A stretch of 64,000 bases of DNA from Methanobacteriota archaeon (GTDB taxonomy: Archaea; Halobacteriota; Bog-38; Methanoflorentales; Methanoflorentaceae), in NCBI GenBank assembly GCA_963719035.1, contig CAVRAO010000008.1:1-64000 (forward strand), given 5' to 3'. Below are positions 10,624 through 21,681 of this stretch, one piece after another (position 1 is the stretch's first letter; every line of letters starts with the position of its first letter). The position numbers and the translations under genes are program-made. Under the pieces are notes generated by a model. The model had not been told where the DNA came from and made no database searches. It saw only the letters and a program-made list of their open reading frames with translations.

Positions 10624-10695
10624 CTCTTTTTGTCAGATCATAGGCACTGCGCGGGGTCGCCTGGCCTTCCCCCAGACTGAAAAACGCTCCTAATC

Positions 10696-11731
10696 CTAAA
10701 AGGTTTGGGTGGCAGCAAGCAGTTTCAGCACTATCGCCGTATCGCTTTCTGAGAGTGTGCCCATGCCGCAGGACGGCGTGAAAAGAAATTGTTCACGTAA
10801 CAGATTTTCAGCAATCCCTTTGCCGACAAATTCCTGGACTAGGCTTTCGTGTTTCAGCTTGAGGCTATCGGGCGTTTCGGTGCGCAGTTTCTCGACGTCA
10901 CTGGTCGGCACCAGGCCGGAAGCCAAGATCCCGCCGCGTTCCAAAAAGGCCTGAATCTTGTCAGGATAGAGCGCCACTTTAGCGCCATAAAAATACGAAT
11001 CAAAGGCAATGATGTCGACCTTGGTGCTGGCAAGCAGGCCCCAATCCATGTTGCCGCAGCAATGAACGCCCACCAACGCGCCGGCATTGTGAGAAATTTC
11101 AAAGACTTCATTCAGTCCATTAATCACATCTTCATCCTGAATCATCAGGTATGCGGCCGTGCCTAACGCGGATAGCACCGGCTCATCGAAGAAGATCATC
11201 GCTTGCTCAGTGTAAGGCTGCAATTGCTGAATTTGCCAGAGCGCCTTCATGCCCCAGACCTTTCAGCACAATGTCGCGATATTGTTCATCAAACCAGACC
11301 GAGCGGCGTTCCTGATCGGCCAGCCCTAAACCGAACGTAAAGGGGCCTGTAACCTGCCCTTTCAGAAATGGAAGTTTCATATTGGCAGCGGCCAACTGTC
11401 GCAACATGTAATACAGGCCGGCGGCGTACTCTTCGGAAATCGCAAAGGCGTCCACATGCTCCGCGACAAGGTGTTCATAAAACTCAACCATGGCGTTGGG
11501 CAGGTCATCATCAACCTGCACCCAGATGCGCTTCGCGACCTCATCAACTCGAATGCCCGGAAACGCTTCGGTGTACTGAGGGATCAGGGCTTCCTTAAAT
11601 GACCGTCTCGGCAACTGCGGCCAGGCTGGAATAGTGAGTGGAACTTGTTCAAGCGCCTGAAGAGCCTCTTTGGGGGTCAAATGGGGCATGCTGCCCATCA
11701 TGGTCGTCTGGTGTGCTGGAAGTACAGACAT
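10696..11731 (-). pseudogene. cobalamin-independent methionine synthase-like (MetE core) protein, frameshifted near 11250
   Basis: GSMPH, WPQLP, KGQVTGPFT, FDEP, GVHCCG, TPSCG split over two ORFs. Confidence 0.8.
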
Positions 11732-12066
11732 CGTAACAAATTTGCTATAAACGTTCAAATAGCTTTCAGCTGTTCTATATCTTGCCTCGGTCTATAATTG
11801 CTAAGGTTGTGTAACCGCTCCGGTCCAAGAAAGGTCCGATGCTTGGGCTAAATTTGCACCTCTCCAAGATGTTGAGGCATGTGAAAGAGGGCTCAAGCAT
11901 GCAAAAGGGGCTTGCATCGTCTATTTTGCTTTGAGCTTGCAATCACTTTTTTCGAATGTCGCCCTGTGGGGGCCTTTACAGGGCCCCGTTGATATGAAGT
12001 CACAGCTTCCACTACGCCTGATAGGGCCGTCTGCGGATTGCGCGTATCACAACGAAGCTGCCAGAA

Positions 12067-12312
12067 ATGCGCAGATTGAAAGCGAAAAAGGGGGATGAGA
12101 TCGCAGCGAAACACGGAGTCAAGATGGTTGGTTTTTGGATGGTTGATTCCGAGCACTTGACAGTTGCGGTGTTGGAAGCCCCGAACTATGAAGTTTTCCA
12201 AGCGTGGTCGATGGAACCAGAAGTAAGGAACATGAGTAATTGCGGCACGACTGAAGCCAAAGTGGCAATGACGATGGAAGAATACATACAGTCGATGATG
12301 CAGGCACAATGA
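12067..12312 (+). CDS. DUF3303/GYD-like small protein, probably 5'-truncated
   Basis: KHGVKMVGFW..EH..V.EAP pattern. Confidence 0.55.
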   Translation: MRRLKAKKGDEIAAKHGVKMVGFWMVDSEHLTVAVLEAPNYEVFQAWSMEPEVRNMSNCGTTEAKVAMTMEEYIQSMMQAQ

Positions 12313-12683
12313 CCTGCATTTTTTCTTTTTTAGTCTGTTTAAAAAATAACTACAGCCCTTCTGTTTGTTCAAACAAAAACAAACTCGCTATGAATAAATG
12401 CCCCTACTCTATGGGGCCTTTGGGCAACCACTTTATTATAATAACTATCTAAAGTCGTCGGTTTTGCTGCAGTTTTTACGAAGCATAAAGACGCTTTTTG
12501 AATGCAAAATCAAAAAATCGCTTACGCGCTTCTTTGCTTTTTTTAGGCACTCGGGGCAAACCGTGCTGTGTAAGTCTGTGAGCTTGTAGCAGTAATAGCA
12601 ACGTTTAATAGCTTATACTCTCCGTTTGCTCTACTATCCGGCCAGGGCCTCTCTTGATCCACTGTGCCATAGTCTGCCCTCTT

Positions 12684-12782
12684 TTACGGCATCCATATAG
12701 GTATGAAAAGGAACATGAAGGCTATTAGTATCAGCACGAGGCCCAAGAAAAAAGCTACTGTCGCAATCCTTCTTCTATCCAT
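12684..12782 (-). CDS. unannotated 32-aa single-TM micropeptide MDRRRIATVAFFLGLVLILIAFMFLFIPIWMP
   Basis: AGGTGG RBS before ATG; basic N-terminus followed by hydrophobic helix. Confidence 0.55.
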   Translation of the reverse strand: MDRRRIATVAFFLGLVLILIAFMFLFIPIWMP

Positions 12783-12805
12783 TTAAGCCACCTTATTAAG
12801 TCTCG

Positions 12806-12892
12806 TTAGAACGACACGTTTGCATACACTTCTTGCAAGTCCTGGTCATTGAACTTCAAGTAAATCGCTGTTTTGTTGATGTTTGAATGGCC
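12806..12892 (-). pseudogene. XerA/XerC-like tyrosine recombinase C-terminal tail (X1)
   Basis: GHSNINKTAIYLKFNDQDLQEVYANVSF*: GH..T..Y catalytic box II. Confidence 0.8.
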
Positions 12893-12904
12893 CTTGCTCG
12901 TCAT

Positions 12905-13088
12905 CTAATCGATTAATGCCCTGTCAACGACCTCTGGTGGGATTGGCTTCTGCTTCTTGAGATGCTCGTTAATCAGCTCGAGCTATGTAGTCACTTAAAG
13001 AGACGCCTCCCCTCATATCATTGATTCTCTTTAAGACGGGCTCGGTCAGCTCGATAGTCACCGCTGTTGTAGAGGGTTCTGTAGTCAT
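12905..13088 (-). pseudogene. ribbon-helix-helix (CopG-like) protein, frameshifted
   Basis: GGAGGTGA RBS; MTTEPSTTAVTIELTEPVLKRINDMRGGVSLSDYI / ELINEHLKK. Confidence 0.55.
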
Positions 13089-13142
13089 TCTTCTTTCACC
13101 TCCTTTTCAAGTCTATTTTGATACTGATATGCGCCACAAATC

Positions 13143-13313
13143 CTAGAACTGTACGTTTGCATATGCTTCTTGCATATCCTTGTTATTAAACTGCACGCAG
13201 ATTGCTGTTATATTGATGTTAAAATGCCCCAATACTTGCTGTAGTCTGCGTATGTCGACTCCCTACCGCACGCTGTTTATGGCAAAGCTGTGCCTGAATG
13301 TATGCGGATGGAT
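13143..13313 (-). pseudogene. XerA/XerC-like tyrosine recombinase C-terminal fragment (X2)
   Basis: IHPHTFRHSFAINSVR*GVDIRRLQQVLGHFNINITAICVQFNNKDMQEAYANVQF*: HxxR and LGH motifs, internal stop, Tyr replaced by Cys. Confidence 0.88.
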
Positions 13314-13347
13314 AAATAAATAGCCTGAGCGTAGTACCCTAACTGTG

Positions 13348-13575
13348 TTAGTCTTTATTTCTGCTGTAGTAGTAATAGGTGATAATTAATCCAATAAGTA
13401 GGAGTATTACGCCAGCGACTGCTAATGGCAATCCATATTCACTTGGTAGTATTGTCCTGCCCATAATTTCCCAAGTACCTGCTGGATACCCAAGAACTGG
13501 GGGCAATCCGATCAAAATAAAAATCACGCCAGGAATTATGAAAGCTACTCCGGGCTGTTTCCATAGCTTAACCAA
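13348..13575 (-). CDS. small two-TM membrane protein (copy A1)
   Basis: GGAGGTGA RBS, TTG start; near-identical to 22765-23007. Confidence 0.75.
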   Translation of the reverse strand: MVKLWKQPGVAFIIPGVIFILIGLPPVLGYPAGTWEIMGRTILPSEYGLPLAVAGVILLLIGLIITYYYYSRNKD

Positions 13576-13620
13576 TGCCTATTCACCTCCCTTTGCTCGC
13601 GGGAAAAAATTAACCAAAAA
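13399..13620. repeat. about 220-bp inverted duplication of 22720-22941
   Basis: Nucleotide match read by eye with one coding substitution (Thr/Pro). Confidence 0.92.
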
Positions 13621-13718
13621 AAACATGATAATGGTCTGGCTTAAGCGTTATCTTTTTCGAGCTTTATTAGAGTGTAAATAAGGGGGCCCTTGTTTACAGA
13701 TGGGCCTGAATATAGTAG

Positions 13719-13887
13719 TTACGTCTTCGGAATTTTAAGATAGGCGAGAACTGCTCCAATGATTATGCAAGCTATGCCAATGAATACATTATAGAGGGCC
13801 GCCGTGTGTACTATTACGCCGTACAGACGATATTACTGTAACAAACAGACCAACAATTAGGAAAGCCCATGCAAGTATTGAGACCAA
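13719..13887 (-). pseudogene. frameshifted paralog of the small membrane protein at 23015-23191
   Basis: MVSILAWAFLIVGLFVTVIS / YGVIVHTAALYNVFIGIACIIIGAVLAYLKIPKT*; 1-nt insertion; GGGGTGA RBS. Confidence 0.6.
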
Positions 13888-14029
13888 CGCTTTTCACCCC
13901 CTTTTCTAATATGTGGTCGAAAAAATAAATCAAAAACGTAAGATGGTGATAGTTTAGTTAAGTGTTACCTTTCTTTTAAGCGAAGGGCACGGGCTAAGAC
14001 GATCTAATAGTCGCGCTGTGTAACGAAGC

Positions 14030-14260
14030 CTAGCTCTTTCCCCAATCAGGTTGTTTCATTCCCCACGGGAGCCAGATCGCGGTCTCTAATATCGCTACAA
14101 CTGCAAGAGAGACAATGACCACCCCTATGTTTTGCCAGATGCTAAAATCACCGGCATAGAAGATGAGCCATAGTCCCACGAACAGCAGCCATATAAATGC
14201 AATGCCGATGCTGGCAAACACCATCAGTGATGGCGGGGAAGGTTTTTGTTGATTTTCCAT
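14030..14260 (-). CDS. small two-TM membrane protein
   Basis: WL.FYAGDFSIWQNIGV, hydrophobic helices. Confidence 0.75.
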   Translation of the reverse strand: MENQQKPSPPSLMVFASIGIAFIWLLFVGLWLIFYAGDFSIWQNIGVVIVSLAVVAILETAIWLPWGMKQPDWGKS

Positions 14261-14462
14261 TTGAAAACCCTCATTCCTTTCAAACGATAAATACTAACTG
14301 CTTTCTATTCGTCTTAAGCTGAAAAACGAAAATACGTGCTCGTCGGAGGATAAAAAAACGCATTAGTATCCCAGAGTTGTGCCTACGCTGAACCTCTTGT
14401 TCTTCGGGAGTGGACTAAATGGGGATAAAAAGGGTTCATAGCAAACCAGACGGCTACTTTTT

Positions 14463-14603
14463 TTAATCCGGTTTCAATCCTATGTCTTTCCAAAATTTCA
14501 TGTAAACATCATATACGTGTTCAGGCAACGGATGCTTGTAATGCTTCCAATCGACTCCGCTGACGCCGTGCGTCATAATATACGCTCTATTTGATTGATC
14601 CCA
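14463..14603 (-). pseudogene. C-terminal tail of SSV/pTN3-like tyrosine integrase (copy C2)
   Basis: WDQSNRAYIMTHGVSGVDWKHYKHPLPEHVYDVYMKFWKDIGLKPD*; MTHG..HY corresponds to the H/W and catalytic Tyr box. Confidence 0.8.
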
Positions 14604-15226
14604 CTATAATCGTACTAAAAACAAAAACTTAAGTCAGAGCCCTCCGCAACCTTCTCCTATGCCAATCGATCATCGAACTGAGTCTATGTCTGGAATTCCA
14701 GCAGCCGAGATCACAACCCCCGTTAAGGATACGCGGTAGAAAACTCAGTATTTGTTACGGGCACGGCCCATAACATTGAGGGAGAACAATACTACCTATG
14801 GCTTGTATTATTCGATTACAACGCGAACCGCCATTACCCACAAGAAGGACCCATTGCTGTCTCCTCAAACGGTCAATGGGAGATGACTGCATTTTTTTCG
14901 AGCAGCGGAAGGTATGATATTACTGCACTCGCTGCAGACAAAAACGCCAACGAGATTTTCATACTATACCAAGCGGCCAGTGAGGCGAGTGGTGATTATC
15001 CGGGGTTGCCTGCCCTTCCTTCAGGATGCATAACGCTGGCTTCAGTCACCGTCTCTAGAACGGAGGGCAGCGGATGCTGATAATTGCCACATAGGTTCTA
15101 GCAAAAACCTGTACTAGGCTCCGCCCGCAAATTTGCAGTGCACACCGTGCTTAACGTCGTGGTACGCTCATAATATAGGCACCATTCTTGTCAAATGCTG
15201 TCGGTTGCTTCATTTTCTTTCAGAAG

Positions 15227-15433
15227 TCATTTATCCCCTTCCGGCACGAACGTCAACCCACCGTAAATTCGAGCTTCTACCGCTTCGATTTCTCTTAGAC
15301 GGGCTTCCATGCACAAAGCTTCATCTTTTCTCCCGACGGCCAGGAGGGCGCTTATTTCACCGCGTATCGCACCTTTTCGATCTTTGATATATTCTTTTGC
15401 CGTGTCGCAGTATTCACACGTCATTTTTGTCAC
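15227..15433 (-). CDS. small hypothetical protein with CxxC
   Basis: 68-aa ORF, CEYC, helical C-terminus. Confidence 0.45.
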   Translation of the reverse strand: MTKMTCEYCDTAKEYIKDRKGAIRGEISALLAVGRKDEALCMEARLREIEAVEARIYGGLTFVPEGDK

Positions 15434-15523
15434 CTTCTTTTTGCAGCAACTTACTACTTCATACTTTTTTAATCAATCGAGGTGAGGACTGTATAACCCG
15501 CAATAGGGTGCACAGATCCCCGC

Positions 15524-15960
15524 TTATTTTACGTTCTTATTTTGCAGTTTTTCCAGCAGCTCATCGAGACGTTCGTAAGAATCATTAACCCCTTCTTCCA
15601 TGCCGGACTGCAGCATTCCGTCGCGATCCTCCACAGACTGAAAGACCGATTGAGACGTCAACTTTGTCCGGTTACCGGGCAATTCCTCAAATCTGGCTGT
15701 TTGGAGGAGAACGTGCCCCTGCATGCTCATCTTACCGACAAGCCATGGGAGGTTTTCACGCGCGTGCGGCCCTGCGGCGCGCTTGTCATATCGCATCGTG
15801 ACGAATCCCTTTTCAGTAAGAGCGTTAGCCAGGAGCCGAGCACTGCCGTCGGTACCCGGCAGCAACGGTGAGCACCAGTCTCGGTCAGTCGGTCCACTGC
15901 CGGCGACAAAGACGATGGCCGGATGCAGGCCGGTGCCGCCGAGATGCGGACGGATGAAAC
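15524..15960 (-). pseudogene. chimera: alpha/beta hydrolase N-terminal fragment fused in frame to an SRPBCC/AHSA1 C-terminus
   Basis: [14 protein letters not shown] (hydrolase) joined at MSMQ|GHVLL to [36 protein letters not shown] (AHSA1). Confidence 0.75.
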
Positions 15961-15996
15961 TAGCAAGCGCGAAAAAGCCCTCGTCTCGTCTCGCGT

Positions 15997-18096
15997 TTAT
16001 CTCGCAAGCTTCAGGAACCGCGAGTTGATCGCGACGATGACCGTGCTAGCCGACATAAGCACCGCGCCTGCAGCCGGCGTCAGTATGATGCCAAATGGAT
16101 AGAGGATGCCCGCCGCGAGCGGTATAGCAAGGGCGTTGTAGCCAGTCGCCCACCCGAGGTTTTGCACCATCTTTCGATATGTGCTGCGCGCCAATCCGAC
16201 GATGGCGACGACATCGAGGGGTGTGCTCCGCACGAGGATGACATCACCAGCCTCTACCGCCACATCGGTGCCCGCACCGATCGCGATGCCCACATCAGCC
16301 TGCGCGATAGCAGGAGCGTCGTTGATTCCATCACCGATCATGGCGACAACAAGACCGCGGGACTGCACCTCCTTTACTTTCACTACCTTGTCCTGCGGCA
16401 GAACCTCGGCAAAGTACTCGTCAAGCCCTACCTCCTCGGCCACCCACTGCGCAACCTGCGGGTTGTCGCCGGTGAGCATCAGGCTTCGTATGCCCATCCC
16501 CTTGAGCGCAGCGATTGCCTGCTTCGATTCAGGACGAATGATGTCGGCAAGGGCAATGGCACCGGCGACTACCTCATCGATGACCACGAACACCACTGTT
16601 TTGCCCTGGGCGGTTAACCGCTCAATTCGCTCATCGGTGACCATGAGACCCTGTTCTTTTAGGTATCCGGGGCTGACCACCTGTACGACGTGGCCGTTCA
16701 CCGTGCCTTCAACGCCCTTGCCCGGCAGTGCCCTAAAGGACTCAACGTGAAGCGGGACGCTAACTGCCTGGGAGGCGGCTATCCCCTGTGCAATGGGGTG
16801 CTCAGCGCGTCCTTCAAGCGCTGCGGCATATGACAAAAGGGCTTGCTCGTTTATGTCACCGGTGAAGATAGCGATATCCGTCACGCCAAAGCGCCCCTCG
16901 GTAAGCGTTCCCGTCTTGTCGAAAATAACCGCCTGCACCTTTCTCGCCTGCTCGAATGCGGCACGATTTCTAACGAGGAGCCCGTTTTGTGCTCCAAGAG
17001 CGGTCGAAATAGCAACGACCAATGGTATAGCAAGCCCCAACGCGTGCGGACACGCAATAACCATCACCGTCACCGCCCGCTCAAGACTAAAGTCGACGCT
17101 CGCGTTGATGAGCAGCTGCCACACGAGAAACGTAAGCCCTCCGCCGACAAGGGCGATGATGACGAGTGCCAGCGCCGCACGGTCTGCCAAGTCCTGCGTT
17201 CGGGACTTGCTCTGTTGTGCATCCTTCACAAGGCCGATCACCTGTGAGAGGAACGAGTCTTTGCCCGTCTTCTTGACCTCGACCGTGATGGCTCCCTCCC
17301 CGTTGATAGCACCCCCAATGACCGTTGCACCGGGCTTTTTAGTCACCGGCGTTGACTCCCCGGTAAGCATCGATTCGTTTACCGAGGTCTCGCCGTCGAC
17401 GACCTCGCCGTCAGCAGGAATCTTCTCGCCTGGCTTCACGAGGACGTAATCCCCAACCTCTAGTGAGTCTAAGGGAACGTCGCGCACGCTTCCGTCAGGA
17501 AGCAGCTTGTGGGCGTCAAACGGCATCAGCTTCGCCAGCTCTTCAAGGGCTCGCGACGCTCCCAAAACCGACCGCATCTCGATCCAATGGCCGAGGAGCA
17601 TGATGTCAATTAGGGTGCTGAGTTCCCAAAAGAGGACGCCGCCGCTTAAGCCGAACGTGATCGCCGTGCTGTAGAGGTACGCCGTGGTGATAGCGACAGC
17701 GATGAGCGTCATCATGCCCGGCAGCCGCGCCCGCAGCTCGTTGACAATCCCCTTTAGGAAGGGGTACCCGCCGTAAACGTACACAAACGATGCTAGTAGG
17801 AAGAGAACGTACTGGTCGCCGGGGAAGCGGAGCGCTCCACTGAGGCCTGCAAACGATTGAATTGAGGGGGACAGAATCAGGATGGGTATAGTGACAATGA
17901 GCGACACCCAGAACCGCCGTCGAAAATCGGCTACGTCGTGACCCGCGTGGCGAGAGTGCGTCGGTGCCTCTTTCCCAGACGCTGGATGCGAGGGGCCAGC
18001 GTGGGCACCGTGCTCCGCGTGGCTATGCTCTGTTGCGTGCATTTCTTCGTGCATTCTGTGCCCTTCGTGTCCTTCGTGGGGATGCTTATCATTCAT
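15997..18096 (-). CDS. copB: Cu(II)-type P1B-3 ATPase (CopB-like)
   Basis: His-rich N-terminus, TGES, CPH, DKTGT, GDGIND. Confidence 0.93.
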   Translation of the reverse strand: MNDKHPHEGHEGHRMHEEMHATEHSHAEHGAHAGPSHPASGKEAPTHSRHAGHDVADFRRRFWVSLIVTIPILILSPSIQSFAGLSGALRFPGDQYVLFLLASFVYVYGGYPFLKGIVNELRARLPGMMTLIAVAITTAYLYSTAITFGLSGGVLFWELSTLIDIMLLGHWIEMRSVLGASRALEELAKLMPFDAHKLLPDGSVRDVPLDSLEVGDYVLVKPGEKIPADGEVVDGETSVNESMLTGESTPVTKKPGATVIGGAINGEGAITVEVKKTGKDSFLSQVIGLVKDAQQSKSRTQDLADRAALALVIIALVGGGLTFLVWQLLINASVDFSLERAVTVMVIACPHALGLAIPLVVAISTALGAQNGLLVRNRAAFEQARKVQAVIFDKTGTLTEGRFGVTDIAIFTGDINEQALLSYAAALEGRAEHPIAQGIAASQAVSVPLHVESFRALPGKGVEGTVNGHVVQVVSPGYLKEQGLMVTDERIERLTAQGKTVVFVVIDEVVAGAIALADIIRPESKQAIAALKGMGIRSLMLTGDNPQVAQWVAEEVGLDEYFAEVLPQDKVVKVKEVQSRGLVVAMIGDGINDAPAIAQADVGIAIGAGTDVAVEAGDVILVRSTPLDVVAIVGLARSTYRKMVQNLGWATGYNALAIPLAAGILYPFGIILTPAAGAVLMSASTVIVAINSRFLKLAR

Positions 18097-18389
18097 TTCG
18101 TTAGCTTCCTAATCGCTTGCTTTTTATCGTTTAACGCTACATAACTTTCCCTTTCTATTATCGCGCTCTTATTGTATGGCAAAAAAAACAGTGAAAACGA
18201 TTAGAAAATGCTGAAATAAGCTTTGAACCGTCGCTGGTTCGCAGGCTGCCGCATAAGAAATAGTCCCCGAGCAAAGCAACAGGGTCGATCGGCGAAGAGG
18301 TGGGGCCCTCATCCCATTTTGCTCATTTTGAATAAAGTACCTTTATAGAGGGTGTTGAGATACTATCGGAATGAGGCGATAAGGAGCTC

Positions 18390-19166
18390 ATGGCAAGTAT
18401 TCTCATAACGGGCTGCAGAGGCGGTATAGGACTCGATGTGGCGTGCCGGCTGCTCAAAAGAGGACACAAGGTCTTCGCAACCGTTCATCGCGAGGCCTCT
18501 ATCAACGATGTGCGAACTGTTCTTAAGTCGTTTGGCGACAACTTCGTGGTGGATAAACTCGACGTAACTGATGCTAGCGATGTCAATAAGGTCGATGATT
18601 GGGACATTGATGTCTTAATCAACAACGCTGCAATCGGCGATTCTGGGCCTTTGGCAGAAATTGACCCTGAAAGAATCATAGCCGTGTTTGAGACAAACGT
18701 TTTCTCAACGTTGCGATTAACACAAAAGGTCGTGCTGAAGCTGATCGCAAATGGTGAGGGCCGGATTATCTTTATGGGCTCAATGGCAGGCGTTATTCCT
18801 ACGCCCTTTTACGCGCCCTATGCGATGACAAAGTTTGCACTCGAAAGCGTTGCGTTCTCTTTACGCACAGAATTGAAGCCATTTGGCATCAAGGTCATCA
18901 TCATCAATCCCGGAGGGTACAACACGGGTTTCAATGAGCTGTTTATGGCACATAAATACGAGTGGATGGACGCCCATAGTCTTTACAAAGATCATATGGC
19001 TTACGTGCGTCAAGAAGAAGAGCGGGTTATAAAACGCGAGTTACGAAGCACGTCAAGCATCGCAAAACAAGTCGTAAAAGCGGTCGAAGCCCAGCGGCCT
19101 AAGCGCAGGTACGTCGCGCCAAGATGGGAATGGGTTTTTCTCCCTATTTTTCGCAGGTTTAGTTAA
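18390..19166 (+). CDS. short-chain dehydrogenase/reductase
   Basis: TGxxGGIG, NNA, YAMTK. Confidence 0.92.
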   Translation: MASILITGCRGGIGLDVACRLLKRGHKVFATVHREASINDVRTVLKSFGDNFVVDKLDVTDASDVNKVDDWDIDVLINNAAIGDSGPLAEIDPERIIAVFETNVFSTLRLTQKVVLKLIANGEGRIIFMGSMAGVIPTPFYAPYAMTKFALESVAFSLRTELKPFGIKVIIINPGGYNTGFNELFMAHKYEWMDAHSLYKDHMAYVRQEEERVIKRELRSTSSIAKQVVKAVEAQRPKRRYVAPRWEWVFLPIFRRFS

Positions 19167-19349
19167 GGTCTATCTATCAACGTTTGAGATTTATCTGCGA
19201 TACTCTTTGATTTAACATTGAAGGTACCTAAATCGGGCGAAGGTCACTTACGTATGCTGCACGCGCCAAATGAAAACGCTTAAGGGAATCGCCTTGTTTT
19301 ACTTCTTTGTTTTGTTGTCGCAAAATCTCGGCGTTTGCGAGGCCAGACT

Positions 19350-19769
19350 ATGATGAAAAAATTGGCCGTGATCTGTATCGTGCTGGTGTGCGCTGCCGTT
19401 CTTGCCGACGGATGTCTCTCGATCAACGCGTCGAGCCCCTACGTATCGGCGCCGAGCTCATCGAAAAACGCTGTGCAATCGACGCCAACAATATCCACGA
19501 CGCCCGTCGCGAGTAATCCGTCGATTAAAGCGCTTAAGCCATCAGCTCTGACAGCGAATCAGTCGTCCAGGCGTCAAGCCTATAGTGGCCCATTCTATGC
19601 AAGTTCAAAGTCACTGAACAAAAAATACCACTACCCTGGATGTTTCGAAGTTGCGAATATTGATGCGGAAAATCTCATTAAGTTCAATACCTTTACAGAA
19701 GCGTGGGCCTCTGGTTACAAGCCGTGCTTGCGCTGTAACCCACCACCGTGTAACGGCGCTTCGTATTAA
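19350..19769 (+). CDS. secreted/lipoprotein with C-terminal Ada-like metal-binding domain
   Basis: Signal peptide with GC; KKYHYPGC..GYKPCLRCNP. Confidence 0.75.
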   Translation: MMKKLAVICIVLVCAAVLADGCLSINASSPYVSAPSSSKNAVQSTPTISTTPVASNPSIKALKPSALTANQSSRRQAYSGPFYASSKSLNKKYHYPGCFEVANIDAENLIKFNTFTEAWASGYKPCLRCNPPPCNGASY

Positions 19770-20015
19770 ACTATGTGTGACTTTACACAAACTCGCTTTG
19801 TTTACGGTATCTTGTCGCGCTGTCCCCCCTTTGTTCACAGAATTTCCTTAGATCTCCGTTTGCGATACGAGCATTATTGCGCAACAGTCGGACTTCGTGA
19901 TGCCCACGCTATTATTGCACACTTGCATGTGATATGAGACCGTGAAACGTGTAAAGCAAAAAGAGCGAACGCAGACCAACGCTCCCACGGGTGCTGTGCT
20001 GCGTCTGTGAAAGCG

Positions 20016-20411
20016 TTAATAATTGCTTCTTACGAAGAAGACCGCGCCATCGCCATATGCGTGAATCCAGTCTAATTGTGCTGCAGTGAGGGTGCCCTTC
20101 CAGTGTACCTGACCGCCGTTGTTAACTACTGAATACGCAATAGCTACATAATGTGGGCTCGCGACGTCGTTTCGTGCAACTAGGATCACCTGTTTGTCTG
20201 CCGATTCTTTGCCCACGTTCGCGTTGGCGACGAATTGATCGGTCTCCGTGTCAACAGCGAGTTCACCGTATTTGTAGTCCCCTATCTCTATGTTAAACCG
20301 CTGAATGACTGAGTCGTCGGTTGGCGCTGCTGTTACTCCTGTAGTGGCTGTCAGTGTGCCTATGAGGACGAAGCATAAGGCTACTAAAATCGATGTTTTC
20401 CGCATTGTCAT
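20016..20411 (-). CDS. secreted hypothetical protein (paralog of 4987-5391)
   Basis: Shared GDYKYGEL.VDTETD and WKGTLTAAQLDWIH. Confidence 0.8.
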   Translation of the reverse strand: MTMRKTSILVALCFVLIGTLTATTGVTAAPTDDSVIQRFNIEIGDYKYGELAVDTETDQFVANANVGKESADKQVILVARNDVASPHYVAIAYSVVNNGGQVHWKGTLTAAQLDWIHAYGDGAVFFVRSNY

Positions 20412-20529
20412 TCGCCCCTCTTTTTGATTTGTCTTAAAAGCACGCTCCTATGATAAAAGCATGATAAACATAATTATTATGTTACTTAGGAGGGCACGGC
20501 GACAACTTTTTTAACGTGATCTTTTGGAG

Positions 20530-20697
20530 AGAGATAGACGGTCCAAGATCAAGGTTGGCGGAGGTCCGGATTTCTCCACAGTAGCGCTGCGGGCGACAAC
20601 CATTTTTCGGCTGGAAGAGGGTGTTTGGAAGATTGTGCATCGTCATGCGGATACCATCGTCTCGAATCAGCCAGTGGAAACCCTCATACAAGAGTAG
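20530..20697 (+). pseudogene. SnoaL/NTF2-like protein C-terminal crumb
   Basis: VALRATTIFRLEEGVWKIVHRHAD..*; no start. Confidence 0.65.
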
Positions 20698-20840
20698 ATG
20701 GAGGGGCAAAAAACGGCAGCAAGAACCCGTTTGAGAACGAGGAAGAAGGAACTGCGGTTGGCGTTACGCTCCCTCGAACGGCTGATTGATTTTTTTATTT
20801 CTCGCGTTGAGAGCCACATCGCAACGATTAAGCTCAGACG

Positions 20841-21287
20841 CTACGCAGCAAAGACGGATCCCCAGGGTTGTTTGGTTCTAAGAGAGTCTTCTGCAGCACC
20901 TTCCTGACCTTGGTTCTTGGCTTCATCGTCTATAGGGCTTTCCTGTTCCTGTTTCTGCTTCTTGGCTTTTTCTTTTGTTTTAGAGCCTCTTCTAGAAGCT
21001 CCGCTGCCTGCTCCAATGATAGTAAGGCCAATAATGTATCCTAGGTTGTACCAAAATCCATTGTTACTAACCTGGTATAGCACGATATTGTTGTCAAACC
21101 AACTAGCTATGAATGATAGGAAGACAATAAGACCTTGCCATAGACCAAGCCAAAAGTTCGCCGTGGGTCCTGACAGATCTCGGGTTGGCATCCCAACGTG
21201 GTATACTATTATGTAAATTGCGACGGCTACTAAAGCCAGCCCCAGCAGGACAAAAAGTGGAATAAACTTCTTCATTTTTTCGTCCAT
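20841..21287 (-). CDS. membrane hypothetical protein
   Basis: ANFWLGLWQG..LY..NNGFWYNLGY. Confidence 0.75.
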   Translation of the reverse strand: MDEKMKKFIPLFVLLGLALVAVAIYIIVYHVGMPTRDLSGPTANFWLGLWQGLIVFLSFIASWFDNNIVLYQVSNNGFWYNLGYIIGLTIIGAGSGASRRGSKTKEKAKKQKQEQESPIDDEAKNQGQEGAAEDSLRTKQPWGSVFAA

Positions 21288-21411
21288 AATTCCTCCCCTG
21301 TTTAAGGTTGAATTGGGATAGCATAAAAAGAAAGCGGCTTAAGTGGTTGGAAAATAAAGGGGACATGTACAACGATATTATTGTACGGCTTTTGATGCTT
21401 GAAGGTAAAGC

Positions 21412-21633
21412 ATGAACGACGAAAAGATAGGGGAGCGCAAGCCAAAAGAGCCCAGCTTTGTCACAGGCCAAGAAGCTCTAATATATGAAGTGGAACGGGC
21501 GTGTGGCCAGTTAAACAAGCTTAAGGATTTGCAACTAAACGAACCTCTTTTGCGAGCAGTGGCTGCAGAAATAAGGGCACACATGGACCACTTAGGGTTA
21601 AGCTTGATAGACTTAACGGAACCTTGCGGCTAA
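21412..21633 (+). CDS. small hypothetical protein (mobile-element-like)
   Basis: 73-aa ORF overlapping the stop of an RHH-like remnant (KGDMYNDIIVRLL). Confidence 0.45.
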   Translation: MNDEKIGERKPKEPSFVTGQEALIYEVERACGQLNKLKDLQLNEPLLRAVAAEIRAHMDHLGLSLIDLTEPCG

Positions 21634-21681
21634 TGACTATAGCCAACACGGTTCACGCTTGCTAAGGAGCCCCTCCGGCAT

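Noticed and set aside
20467-20483. AACATAA-tta-TTATGTT as a dif site
   Set aside because: Spacer is 3 nt rather than 6, and it lies in a promoter region; more likely a transcription-factor operator or chance.
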